Shown piece by piece: positions 10,111 through 19,438 of a stretch of 64,000 bases of DNA (within the stretch, counting starts at the first letter, position 1; each line of letters opens with the position of its first letter). The notes under the pieces were generated by a model, which saw only the letters and a list, made by a program, of their open reading frames with translations, searched no databases and was not told where the DNA came from. Source of the stretch: an uncultured Chloroflexia bacterium (GTDB lineage Bacteria > Chloroflexota > Limnocylindria > Limnocylindrales > CSP1-4); NCBI GenBank assembly GCA_963734535.1, contig CAVTHS010000010.1:256001-320000 (forward strand). Direction: 5' to 3'. The position numbers and the translations under genes were made by a program.

Positions 10111-10980
10111 TCACTTCGTCGTGTACGTCCCGTGCGTCCCGTCGGCGAGAACGATGCGGAGGAGCTGCGCCTCGCGGCCGGCAAGCAGGCTGCGCAGCAG
10201 GCGTGCCTGTTCCGGGACCATGTCCGCCGGGCGGAGCGTCGCCGAGTAGAAGCCGAAGACCGCCGTCCAGGGTCGATCGACGGCCGGGTGCAGCGTCCAC
10301 CCGTCCTCATCGTCCAGGCGGACGCCGAGCGCGCCCGACCCGGACCCGACGTCGGCCGGACGCAGCGAGAGCAGGCGGGTCGCGACGTCGAGCTCGATCG
10401 GGCCCAGCCGCCCGCCGACCGCGAGGAGCGGCTGCATCTCGCTCACCACGGCGCCGCCCTCGGCGGCCGGAGCACGCCGGTCGTCGACCGTCGGCAGCCC
10501 GGCCGCGATCGCGCGGGCCGCGGGCGACGCGTCGGCGGCTCCGGCGTCGGCGATCACCATCCCGTCACGATCCACGAGCAGGAGCGAGGCGCCCGTGTGC
10601 CAGGCGAGGATCGGCGTGCGTTCGACGATGCGGACCTGCAGCGTCCCGGGCAGAGTCACCGAGACGTCCGCGCCGGCGACCGACGGGATCGCCTCCAGGC
10701 TCGAGCGCAGCCCGTCCGTCGCGAGCGTGAATGCATTCGGGGCAGGGCTGCCCAGCGCGAGCACGGCGTTCACGTCGGCGGCGGTCGTCACCACCATCCC
10801 CGACACGTCGGTCGTCCGGATGGCGAAGGCCGGCGACGCCGCCACGCCCCAGGTGGCCGCCCCCGCGACGACCATCACGAGGGCGGCAAGCGCGCGGCGC
10901 GGCGACAGGCGCGAGGATGCGCGTCGCTGGCTCGGGCGACGGCGGGCGCCGCCCGAGGGGCGGGGAGGGAGACGGGTCAC
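10111..10980 (-). CDS. ftsQ: Cell division protein FtsQ/DivIB
   Basis: Basic N-tail, single TM helix, POTRA-like region ending LPGTLQVRIVERTP; dcw position. Confidence 0.85.
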   Translation of the reverse strand: MTRLPPRPSGGARRRPSQRRASSRLSPRRALAALVMVVAGAATWGVAASPAFAIRTTDVSGMVVTTAADVNAVLALGSPAPNAFTLATDGLRSSLEAIPSVAGADVSVTLPGTLQVRIVERTPILAWHTGASLLLVDRDGMVIADAGAADASPAARAIAAGLPTVDDRRAPAAEGGAVVSEMQPLLAVGGRLGPIELDVATRLLSLRPADVGSGSGALGVRLDDEDGWTLHPAVDRPWTAVFGFYSATLRPADMVPEQARLLRSLLAGREAQLLRIVLADGTHGTYTTK

Positions 10981-12113
10981 CGCGGCAGGTCCGCCGCGGA
11001 CAGCCGTCGGGCGGGTGCCGCGTCACGCCGCTCGATCGCCAGCCCGACGATCCGGCCGCAGAGCTCGGCGAACGGGAGCCCGCCGGCCGCAGCCATCATC
11101 GGGAAGAGGCTGATCGGGGTGAACCCAGGGATCGTGTTGATCTCGTTCAGGTAGAGCGCGCCGGTGCCCCGCTCGAGGAGGAAGTCGACCCGTGCGAAGC
11201 CGGCGCCACCGATGAGCGCGTACGCCGCGCTGCCGACCCGGCGCACGTCGGCCGCCAGGGCCGTCGAGACGTTCGCCGCCGCGAGCGTCCGCGACCCGCT
11301 CGCGAGGTACTTGGCCGCGTAGTCGTAGAACTCCCGGTCCGGGATCACCTCGCCCGGGCCGAAGACGCGCAGGGTCGCGGGGTTGTTGCCCAGTATCCCC
11401 AGCTCCAGCTCGCGCGGCCGGTCGAGGCCCGGCTCCACGATCGCCCGGGTGTCGTAGCGAAGCGCGAGCTCCACGATCCCGTCCCGCTCGTCCGGGCCGT
11501 GGGCGATCGCCATCCCGACGGACGAACCGAGCGAGGCCGGCTTGCCGATCAGGCGCCCGTCCGGGGCGCCGGCCGCGAGCGCAGCGAGGTCAGCGCGAAC
11601 CCCCGCCCGCTCGGCCGCCCAGCGGGCCGCGGTCACCTCGACCCAGGGCAGGATCGGGAGCCCGGCGTCGCGCGCGATCCGCTTGAAGAACGGCTTGTCC
11701 ATCCCGACCGCCGAGGCGGCGATCCCGGCCCCCGTGTAGGCGAGCCCGGCCGCCTCGAGGATCGCCTGGATCGTGCCGTCCTCCCCGAACGGCCCGTGGA
11801 GGGCCACGAAGACGACCGGCTGCGGCACGGCGGCGGCGATCCCGGCGGTCGCCTCGCCCGGCGCGAACGGACCGGCCGCTCCGAGCGAGCCGGGATCGTC
11901 GTATTCGGCGGCGGGGCGGCCATCTCGCCGGTGGCCGGCCGGCAGCAGCCACCAGCCGGCGTCGAGATCGACGAGGAACTGGCTCACCGCGTGACCCACC
12001 CCGGCCAGTGCCTCCGCGATCGCCGTGCCGGAGACGACCGAGACGTCGTGCTCGGCCGAAGGCCCACCGAACACCACCGCGACGGGCCTGGCCGGGGCCA
12101 CCGGCGCGCTCAC
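10977..12113 (-). CDS. ddl: D-alanine--D-alanine ligase
   Basis: FGGPSAEHDVS, LHGPFGEDGTIQ, GSSVG, FYDYAAKY and NEINTIPG motifs. Confidence 0.97.
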   Translation of the reverse strand: MSAPVAPARPVAVVFGGPSAEHDVSVVSGTAIAEALAGVGHAVSQFLVDLDAGWWLLPAGHRRDGRPAAEYDDPGSLGAAGPFAPGEATAGIAAAVPQPVVFVALHGPFGEDGTIQAILEAAGLAYTGAGIAASAVGMDKPFFKRIARDAGLPILPWVEVTAARWAAERAGVRADLAALAAGAPDGRLIGKPASLGSSVGMAIAHGPDERDGIVELALRYDTRAIVEPGLDRPRELELGILGNNPATLRVFGPGEVIPDREFYDYAAKYLASGSRTLAAANVSTALAADVRRVGSAAYALIGGAGFARVDFLLERGTGALYLNEINTIPGFTPISLFPMMAAAGGLPFAELCGRIVGLAIERRDAAPARRLSAADLPR

Positions 12114-13069
12114 GCCGGGGATCCTGTCCACGCCGACCAGTCACCCATGAACTGGATCTCGAAGGCGAGCTCGACGCCGGTCTCTCGCGCCACCGTCGCC
12201 TGCACGAGCTCGCCGAGCGACCGGACGTCCGCGGCCGAGGCGCCACGATCGTTGACGATCCAGTTGGCGTGCTTCTCCGACACCACGGCACCGCCGATCC
12301 GGCGGCCCTTGAGGCCGCAGCCGTCGACGAGCGCGCCAGCCGATGCACCCTCGGCGGGGTTGCGGAAGACGCTCCCCGCGCTCGGGATCCCGAGCGGCTG
12401 GTGGGCCTGGCGCCAGCGCCGGATCTCGTCGAGGCGGCCGCGGATCGCGGCCGGGTCGTCGGGGGCGAGGCGGAAGGTCGCCGCGACGATGACCTCGGTG
12501 GGCCCGTCCGCCCGCGCGTGCTTGAAGCGGCTCTCGCGGTAGGCCAGCCCGAGCTCCGCGGCCGGCAGGCTGGCCTGGGAGCCGTCCGCCCCCAGGATGA
12601 GCGCCGACTCCAGGATCGCGGCCACGTCGGAGTCGTGGGCTCCGGCGTTCGCCCACACGGCGCCCCCCACGTTGCCCGGGATCGCGAGCCCGAACTCGAG
12701 CCCCGAGAGGCCCGCATCGGCCGTGACGGTCGCCGCCTTCGCCATCGGCAGCCCCGCGTCGGCGACCAGGCGGCCGTCCGCGATCTCGTAGCCCTGCGCC
12801 CGGACGTGGACCAGCAGCCCCCGCACGCCGGCATCGGCGATCACCACGTTGCTGCCCCGGCCCAGGATCGTGTACGGCACCTCCCGTCCACGGGCCAGGC
12901 GGACGAGGCCGCGCAGCTCGAACGGGTTGACCGGAGCCGCGTACAGGTCCGCGGGGCCGCCGACGCGCATCGTGGTGAACCGCGCCAGCGGCTCGTCCCG
13001 CGAGGTCTTGATCCCCAGGCGCCGCTGGATCTCCGTCCCGGCCCGGATCGCGTCGAACGGCATGCTCAT
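12110..13069 (-). CDS. murB: UDP-N-acetylenolpyruvoylglucosamine reductase
   Basis: TTMRVGGPAD, LGRGSNV, IPGNVGGAV, PSAGSVFRNP and SEKHANWIVN motifs. Confidence 0.96.
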   Translation of the reverse strand: MSMPFDAIRAGTEIQRRLGIKTSRDEPLARFTTMRVGGPADLYAAPVNPFELRGLVRLARGREVPYTILGRGSNVVIADAGVRGLLVHVRAQGYEIADGRLVADAGLPMAKAATVTADAGLSGLEFGLAIPGNVGGAVWANAGAHDSDVAAILESALILGADGSQASLPAAELGLAYRESRFKHARADGPTEVIVAATFRLAPDDPAAIRGRLDEIRRWRQAHQPLGIPSAGSVFRNPAEGASAGALVDGCGLKGRRIGGAVVSEKHANWIVNDRGASAADVRSLGELVQATVARETGVELAFEIQFMGDWSAWTGSPA

Positions 13070-14274
13070 CGATCGCGCTCCCGGGGGTCGGCCGCACGAC
13101 CCGGGCCTGTGTCGGCGAGCCCGCCTGGACTCGCGCCCACCGCGGCGAGGCGCGCGATCTCGGCGACCGACGGGTAGGCGGCGCGCGTGGCAGCGGCGAG
13201 CACGAGCCGGGCGACCGCGTCCGCGGCACCCGGCCGCGCCGCTGCCCGGGCGGCGGCGCTCATGGCGAGGTGGCCGGCCGGGTCGTCGAGCAGGTGGGCC
13301 GCGGCGACGAGCGCATCGGCATCGAAGTCCGCGTCGTCGACGACACGCGCGGCACCGGTCGCCGCGTACGCCTCGGCATTCGCGCGCTGGTGGCCGGCCG
13401 CGTGGGGGTAGGGCACGCAGACCATCGGCAGGCCGAACGCGGCAGCCTCGGCGAGGGTCGAGGACCCCGCGCGACCGACCACGAGGTCCGCTGCCGCCAG
13501 CGCCGCGGTCATCTCCTCGGCCAGGAAGGGATACGGGCGGTACCGGTCGCGGCGGCCGGGCGGCAGCGCGTCTCGGGCAGCCTGCATCTCCGCGTAACCA
13601 GCCTCCCCGGTGACGTGGAGGACCCAGCAGCGCTCGACGAGGCGTCCGAGCGCACCGCTGACCGCCTCGTTGAACCGCCGGACGGCCTGGGACCCGCCGA
13701 AGACCAGGAGCAGGCGCGGCCCCGCGGGGATCCCCAGCCGCTCGCGGGCCGCTTCGCGATCGATCGTGCGCGGGTCGCGGATCGGCGTGCCCGTCACGTA
13801 GCAGCGTTCCGCGGCCAGGGCGGCGCAGGTCGCCTCGAAGCTCACGGCGACCGCGTCCGCCAGGCGTGCCGTCGCGCGGACGCTCCGGCCCGGCACCACG
13901 TTGCCCTCCCACAGGACGACCGGGATTCGCAGGAGGCGGGCCGCGGCGAGGACCGGGATTGCCACGTAGCCGCCGCTCGTCACGATCGCGTCGGGCCGGG
14001 CGCGTACCAGCCGCCACACGGCCTGCGGGAAGGAGGCCGCGAGGCGGAGCGGATCGAGGACGAGGTGGACGTCCCGGCCGGCGCTCCGCAGCGAGCGCAG
14101 GGCGAGCCGCGAGAAGGGAATCCCCAATTCCGGGACGATCCCCGCCTCCAGGCCGCGGTACCCGCCGATCCAGGCCAGGTCAGACGCGGCCGGCAGGGCG
14201 CGGAGCGAGCGTGCGACGGCCAGGGCCGGGTAGATGTGCCCGCCCGTGCCGCCTGCCACGATCACCACTCGCAT
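13066..14274 (-). CDS. murG: Undecaprenyl-PP-MurNAc-pentapeptide GlcNAc transferase
   Basis: AGGTGGHIYPA, SGGYVA, FGGSQA, GRAGSST and HQRANA motifs. Confidence 0.97.
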   Translation of the reverse strand: MRVVIVAGGTGGHIYPALAVARSLRALPAASDLAWIGGYRGLEAGIVPELGIPFSRLALRSLRSAGRDVHLVLDPLRLAASFPQAVWRLVRARPDAIVTSGGYVAIPVLAAARLLRIPVVLWEGNVVPGRSVRATARLADAVAVSFEATCAALAAERCYVTGTPIRDPRTIDREAARERLGIPAGPRLLLVFGGSQAVRRFNEAVSGALGRLVERCWVLHVTGEAGYAEMQAARDALPPGRRDRYRPYPFLAEEMTAALAAADLVVGRAGSSTLAEAAAFGLPMVCVPYPHAAGHQRANAEAYAATGAARVVDDADFDADALVAAAHLLDDPAGHLAMSAAARAAARPGAADAVARLVLAAATRAAYPSVAEIARLAAVGASPGGLADTGPGRAADPRERDR

Positions 14275-15397
14275 CCACCCATCCTCCGTGTGCCGCAGTC
14301 TCGCGGGAGATCGAGAGCAGGATGCCGACGGCCGCCAGGCTCACGATGAGCGACGACCCCCCGGCAGAGACGAACGGCAGCGTGATCCCCGTCACGGGGA
14401 GCAGCGTCACGACCACGCCGATGTTCACGAATGCCTGGACGCAGAGGTAGGCCGTGATGCCTGCCGCGAGCAGCGCCCCGAAGGTGTCGGGTGCCGCAAG
14501 CGAGATGCGCATTCCGCGCCAGGCAAGCAGCATGAACGCGATCACCACGAGGGACGCGCCCACGAAGCCGAACTCCTGGCCGACCACGGCGAAGATGTAG
14601 TCGTTGTGGGCATTCGGGAGGACGATCCCGCCCGCGGCGGCGCGGTCTCCGAGGCCCGCGCCGAAGAGCCCACCCAGCCCGAGCGCCAGGAGCCCCTGGA
14701 CGCTGTGGAAGCCCGTCGTGAGGGCATGGTCGAACGGGTTCTGGAACGCCTGCAGCCGCTCGAGCTGGTAATCCTTGAGGGCCATGGAGGCGGCCAGCGC
14801 CGCGGCGCCGCCGAGGGCCACGATTCCCATCAGGTTCCCGCCCGCGACGAAGAGCATCACCACGACCGTGATCCCGAGCACGGCCGTGGACCCGAGGTCG
14901 GGCGACTTGAAGATCAGGATCAGGAACGGCGCGACGATCGCGACGAAGGGGATCAAGCCACCCCGGATCGAGCCGATCTCGGTGCCCCGGCGCGCCATCC
15001 AGTGGGCGATGTAGACGACGAGGGCGAGCTTGGCGAACTCTCCGGGCTGGATGACGGGAATGCCGGGGAGCTTGAGCCACTGCGTGGAGCCGCTGACCTC
15101 GACGCGCCACGGCGAGAAGAGGACGAGGGCCAGCAGGATGCCCGCGCCCAGGAGGGCCGGCATCGAGAGGAGCCGGAGCCAGCGGTAGTCCGAGCGCATC
15201 GCGATGAGCATGCCAACCATCCCGACGGCAGCCCAGACCGACTGCGGGCCGACCGTGGCGAGCGTGCCGTCCCCGTCCGCGTAGCCGGCCATCGCCGAGC
15301 TCGAGTAGACCATGAGGATGCCGAGGCCGGTCAGTGCCACGACGATGGCGAGCACGATCGCGTCCGGTGCGTGGCGCTCGCGCACGTCGACGGCCAT
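14180..15397 (-). CDS. ftsW: Peptidoglycan glycosyltransferase FtsW (SEDS family)
   Basis: MVYSSS, IQPGEFAK, PDLGS, LPNAHNDYIF and LPVTGITLPFVSAGGSS motifs; tail overlaps the murG start. Confidence 0.95.
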   Translation of the reverse strand: MAVDVRERHAPDAIVLAIVVALTGLGILMVYSSSAMAGYADGDGTLATVGPQSVWAAVGMVGMLIAMRSDYRWLRLLSMPALLGAGILLALVLFSPWRVEVSGSTQWLKLPGIPVIQPGEFAKLALVVYIAHWMARRGTEIGSIRGGLIPFVAIVAPFLILIFKSPDLGSTAVLGITVVVMLFVAGGNLMGIVALGGAAALAASMALKDYQLERLQAFQNPFDHALTTGFHSVQGLLALGLGGLFGAGLGDRAAAGGIVLPNAHNDYIFAVVGQEFGFVGASLVVIAFMLLAWRGMRISLAAPDTFGALLAAGITAYLCVQAFVNIGVVVTLLPVTGITLPFVSAGGSSLIVSLAAVGILLSISRETAAHGGWVDASGDRGRRHGRAHLPGPGRRTLAPRPAGRV

Positions 15398-15399
15398 CG

Positions 15400-16976
15400 T
15401 CAGCGGCCCCGGTCCGCGCTCGTCGCGGCGCGGCGTCGGCCGAAGCGGCGGCCGCGGCCACCCGAGCGACCGCGACCTTGAAGGCGCGACCGCGCGCAGC
15501 GTAGTCGGGGAACTGGTCGAAGCTGGCCGCGGCCGGGCTGAGGAGCACCGTCGCCACGCTGCCCGGCGCGGCGCCGGCCAGGAGCTCGCGGGCGAGGGCG
15601 TCGGCGCGCGGGACGGCAACCTCGAGCGTCCCGGCCTCCTCGACGCGCGGACACCCGGCCTCCCGGAAGAGCCCCGCGAGCGTCGGCCCCGACTCCCCGA
15701 TGAGGACGGCGGCGGCGGCACGCTCGGCGACCACCGGGGCGAGGGCCCGCAGGTCAACGCCCTTGTCGCGCCCACCGGCGATGAGGATGAGCGGCGCATC
15801 GAAGCTGCGCAGCGCCGCGGCCACGGCGTCGGGCTGGGTTCCCTGCGAATCGTTGACGAAGCGGACCCCGTCCACCAGGCCCACCGGCTCGAGGCGATGC
15901 TCGACGCCTTCGAACGTCGCCGCCGCAGCGCGGATGGCGTCCGGCGCGAGGCCGAAGAGGAGTCCGACGGCCACGCCAGCCAGGAGGTTCGCGAGATTGT
16001 GCCGACCGGGCAACGAGAACTCCCCGATCGGCATGATCCGACCCGCCGGCCCCGTCCAGGCCGGGCCGCCGCCGATGATCGGCAGCCGCTCCACGGCCGC
16101 GGTGACCACCCAGCCGTCGACGATCCCGACCCCGCCGCCGATCGGGTGTTCGAGCCGGTAGCAGACCGCCGGAGCCGTTCCCAGGCCCGCGTAGCCGCCG
16201 ACGACCGGGTCGTCGAGGTTGAGGACGAGCGCTCCGTCCGGATCGACGAGCTCCGCCAGGCGCCGCTTCACCGCCCGATAGGCCGCCAGCGACCCGTGGC
16301 GATCCAGGTGATCGGCGGTGACATTCGTGTAGACAGCCACGGTCGTGCCCCGCGTCAGGCTGGGCAGCTGCAGCTCGGAGAGCTCGAGCACGACCCGGTG
16401 CTCCGGGGTGAGCTCGGTCACGCGGTCGATCAGCGGCACGCCGATGTTCCCGCCGAGCACGACCGGATGCGACGCATCCGCCGCGAGGAGGTGGGCGATG
16501 AGCGACGCGGTGGTGGTCTTGCCCTTCGTCCCGGTGACCCCGATCGTGGGCGCCGGGCAGAGGCGAAGCGTCAGATCCGGCTCCGAGACCATGGCGGGTG
16601 CGCCCGGGTCGCCGCCCGCGAGGCGTGCCGCCAGGCTGTCGAGCGCAGCCCGGAGGCGGGGCTCCGTGGTCGGGAACCCGGGCGTGATCGACGGCGAGAA
16701 CGCCACGAGCGCAGCGTCCTCCCAGGCCGACGCCGGGTCGACGTCGGGCCCGACCAGGAGCCTGATCGCCGTGCCGTCGAGCTCCGCGAGCCGGTCGCCG
16801 AGCGCGCCTTCGGGCTTGCCGTCGTACACGGTGACCGCGGCCCCGGCGCCGGCGAGGAAGCGCGCCAGCCCGACCCCGGTCCGCGCCAGCCCCAGCACGG
16901 TCACCGGTACCCCGGCAAGCGCGCCGGCGCGAACCCCTTCGAGGGTCAGCGCGTCGAGGTCGAACGGGGTCGGCAT
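15400..16976 (-). CDS. murD: UDP-MurNAc-L-Ala--D-Glu ligase (stop codon displaced by a likely frameshift near 15450)
   Basis: VLGLARTG, GVTGTKGKTTT, GGNIG, DHLDRH, GVEHRLE and LLSPAAASFDQF motifs. Confidence 0.93.
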
Positions 16977-16978
16977 CG

Positions 16979-17956
16979 TCAGACCAGCCGCTGGAGCGTG
17001 GCCAGGAAGAGGGTTACGCCGAGCAGGCCGGCCAGCGCAGCGACAATCCAGAAGCGGAGGGTGATCTTCGTCTCCGGCCAACCGCCGAGCTCGAAGTGGT
17101 GGTGCAGCGGGGCCATCCGAAAGAAGCGCCGGCCGTGGCTCATCTTGAAGAAGCCAATCTGGATGACGTCGCTCAAGACCTCGACCACGAAGATGACCCC
17201 GATGAGCGGGAGGATCAGGATCTGCCCGGTGATCAGGGAGACGACGGCAAGCGTGGCTCCCAGGCTCATCGAGCCCGAGTCGCCCATGAAGATCTGCGCC
17301 GGGTGGACGTTGAACCACAGGAAGCCCAGCAGCGCCCCGATCAGCAGCGAGCACAGGATCGCGAGGTTCGGCTGGGCGGGGTTGTTCAGCAGGGCGATGA
17401 TCAGGAACGAGACGAAGGCGAAGATCAGGGTCCCGCCGGCCAGGCCGTCGAGCCCGTCGGTGAGGTTGACGCCGTTGCTCATGGACACGATCGCGAAGGC
17501 CGCGAACGCGATGTAGAGCCACGGCGCGATCGACACCGCCCCCACGAACGGGACGCCCACGGCCACGATGTCGTACGTGCGCTGGATCTGCCACGCCGCG
17601 AAGACCGCGACCGCCGTCTGCCACAGGAGCTTCTGGCGCGCCCGGATCCCGTCGCCCGTCCGCGCGTTGAGCCAGTCGTCCGCGAATCCAAGCGCGCCGA
17701 CCAGGCCGAGCGCCGCCAGCGGGGCGAAGGTGGAGGCGTCGACGAGGTTGAAGACGAGCGCGAGCGCCCCTACGACCATGATCAGGAGGGTCCCCCCGGC
17801 CGTGGGCGTCCCGCCCTTGACCTGGTGGCTCTCCGGCCCGTCCATCCGGATCTGCTTTGCGAACCCGGCCCAGCGCATGAGCCTGATGTACGCCGGCATC
17901 AGGATCACGACGATGGCGAACGCGAGCAGGATCGCCTGGATCAGCTCGACGGTCAC
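16979..17956 (-). CDS. mraY: Phospho-N-acetylmuramoyl-pentapeptide transferase
   Basis: KGGTPTAGG, NGVNLTDGLDGL, IFMGDSGS and FRMAPLHHHFEL motifs. Confidence 0.97.
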   Translation of the reverse strand: MTVELIQAILLAFAIVVILMPAYIRLMRWAGFAKQIRMDGPESHQVKGGTPTAGGTLLIMVVGALALVFNLVDASTFAPLAALGLVGALGFADDWLNARTGDGIRARQKLLWQTAVAVFAAWQIQRTYDIVAVGVPFVGAVSIAPWLYIAFAAFAIVSMSNGVNLTDGLDGLAGGTLIFAFVSFLIIALLNNPAQPNLAILCSLLIGALLGFLWFNVHPAQIFMGDSGSMSLGATLAVVSLITGQILILPLIGVIFVVEVLSDVIQIGFFKMSHGRRFFRMAPLHHHFELGGWPETKITLRFWIVAALAGLLGVTLFLATLQRLV

Positions 17957-19412
17957 GCCGGGATCCCGGTTCGGAGGGCGTCCACGATCGACTCGAGGGC
18001 GGCCCCGCGCGACGCCTTGACGAGCACCGCGTCCCCGGGCCGGAGGATCGCCCGGAGGATCTCGATCGCGGCCGCCCGGTCGGAGACCCGGTGGACGTGC
18101 GAAACCGCGAGCCCGGCTGCGACGGCGCCGTCCGCGATGCCACGCGCGCCGTCTCCCACCACGACGAGCTCGGTCACGCCGCGGCCCGCGGCCTCGCCGA
18201 CCACGCGATGGCTCTCGGCGTGCGCGTCGCCCAGCTCGAGCATCTCGCCGAGCACCGCGACCGGCCGGCCCGGCAGTGAGGCGAGCACCTCGAGCGCCGC
18301 GAGGACCGCTGGGGGCGAGGCGTTGTAGGTGTCGTCGAGGATCGTGATGCCGGGTGCCTCCACGATCGCGCCCCGGTGGGAGGAGGCCGACCCCCAGGCC
18401 GTCGCCAGGCCGGCCGCGATCGCCTCGTCGGGGATGCCGGCGAGCAGCCCCACTGCAGCGGCGGCGAGGGAGTTCTGGACACTGTGGCGGCCCAGCGCCG
18501 CGATCTCGACCCCGAACCGCGTCCTGCGCGGTGCTCGCGCCACCAGGTCGAAGGTCATGCCGCGGGGACCGCGCGCGACGACCCGGTCGGCGGTCACGTC
18601 CGCGTCCGCCGCGAAGCCATAGCGGATCACGGATGCGCGCGTGCGCGACCCGAAGAGGCGCACCCGCTGGTCGTCCGCGTTGAGGACCGCCGTACCGTCC
18701 TCGGGCAGCGCCTCCACCAGCTCCGCCTTCGCCCGCTCGATCGCCTCCAGGCTGCCGGCCCGCTCCTGGTGGACCGGCGCGATCGAGGTGACGACGCCGA
18801 TCTCCGGCCGCGCGAGACGGGCGAGCGTCGCGATCTCGCCCCCGACGTACATCCCCATCTCGAGGACGGCGGCCCGGTGGACGGGCCCCAGGCGCAGGAG
18901 CGTCAACGGCAGCCCGACCTCGTTGTTCGCGTTGCCCTCGCTCTTCAGGGTCGGAAGCGCGGCAGCGAGGACGGCTGCGGTCGCGTCCTTCGTCGAGGTC
19001 TTGGCGAGGCTGCCGGTGATCCCGACCACGAGCGGGTCGAACCGGGCCCGCCAGGCGGCCGCGATCGCCTGGAGGCCGACGGAGCGTGTCGGGCACGCGG
19101 ACGATGGACGCGTCTTCCATCGTCCGGAGGGCGCCATCGTCGACCGGGCGGCTCACCAGCACGGCGGTGGCCCCGGCGGCCACCGCGGCGGCGAGGAAGC
19201 GATGGCCGTCGGTCCGCTCGCCCGGCAGGGCCACGAAGAGGTTGCCGGGCTCGACCACGCGCGAGTCCACGGCGCCGCCCCGGATCGGTCGCCCGGCATC
19301 GCGAAGCAGCGCTCCCGCCGGTCGCAGCGACGAGATCGGCGGCACGCATCGCGGGAGCGGCAGCCGGCTGGGTCGGGTCGCCGCCCCCGCCGGGCGCCGG
19401 CACGGTGCTCAC
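17953..19412 (-). CDS. murF: UDP-MurNAc-tripeptide--D-Ala-D-Ala ligase (frameshifts near 19080 and 19310)
   Basis: DSRVVEPGNLFVALPGERTDGHRF, GITGSLAKTSTK, NNEVGLPLT, DDTYNASP, LGEMLELG and VLVKASRG, spread over three frames. Confidence 0.93.
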
Positions 19413-19438
19413 GCCGGGGAGTGTCGCACAGGGCGCGC

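Noticed and set aside
14262-18143. 1293-aa ORF suggesting a giant MurD fusion
   Set aside because: The extensions are off-frame read-through over mraY and ftsW, caused by high GC and a likely frameshift at the murD end.
16979-19345. Apparent MurF-MraY fusion
   Set aside because: Only a short MurF piece is in this frame; the middle is off-frame sequence produced by frameshifts.
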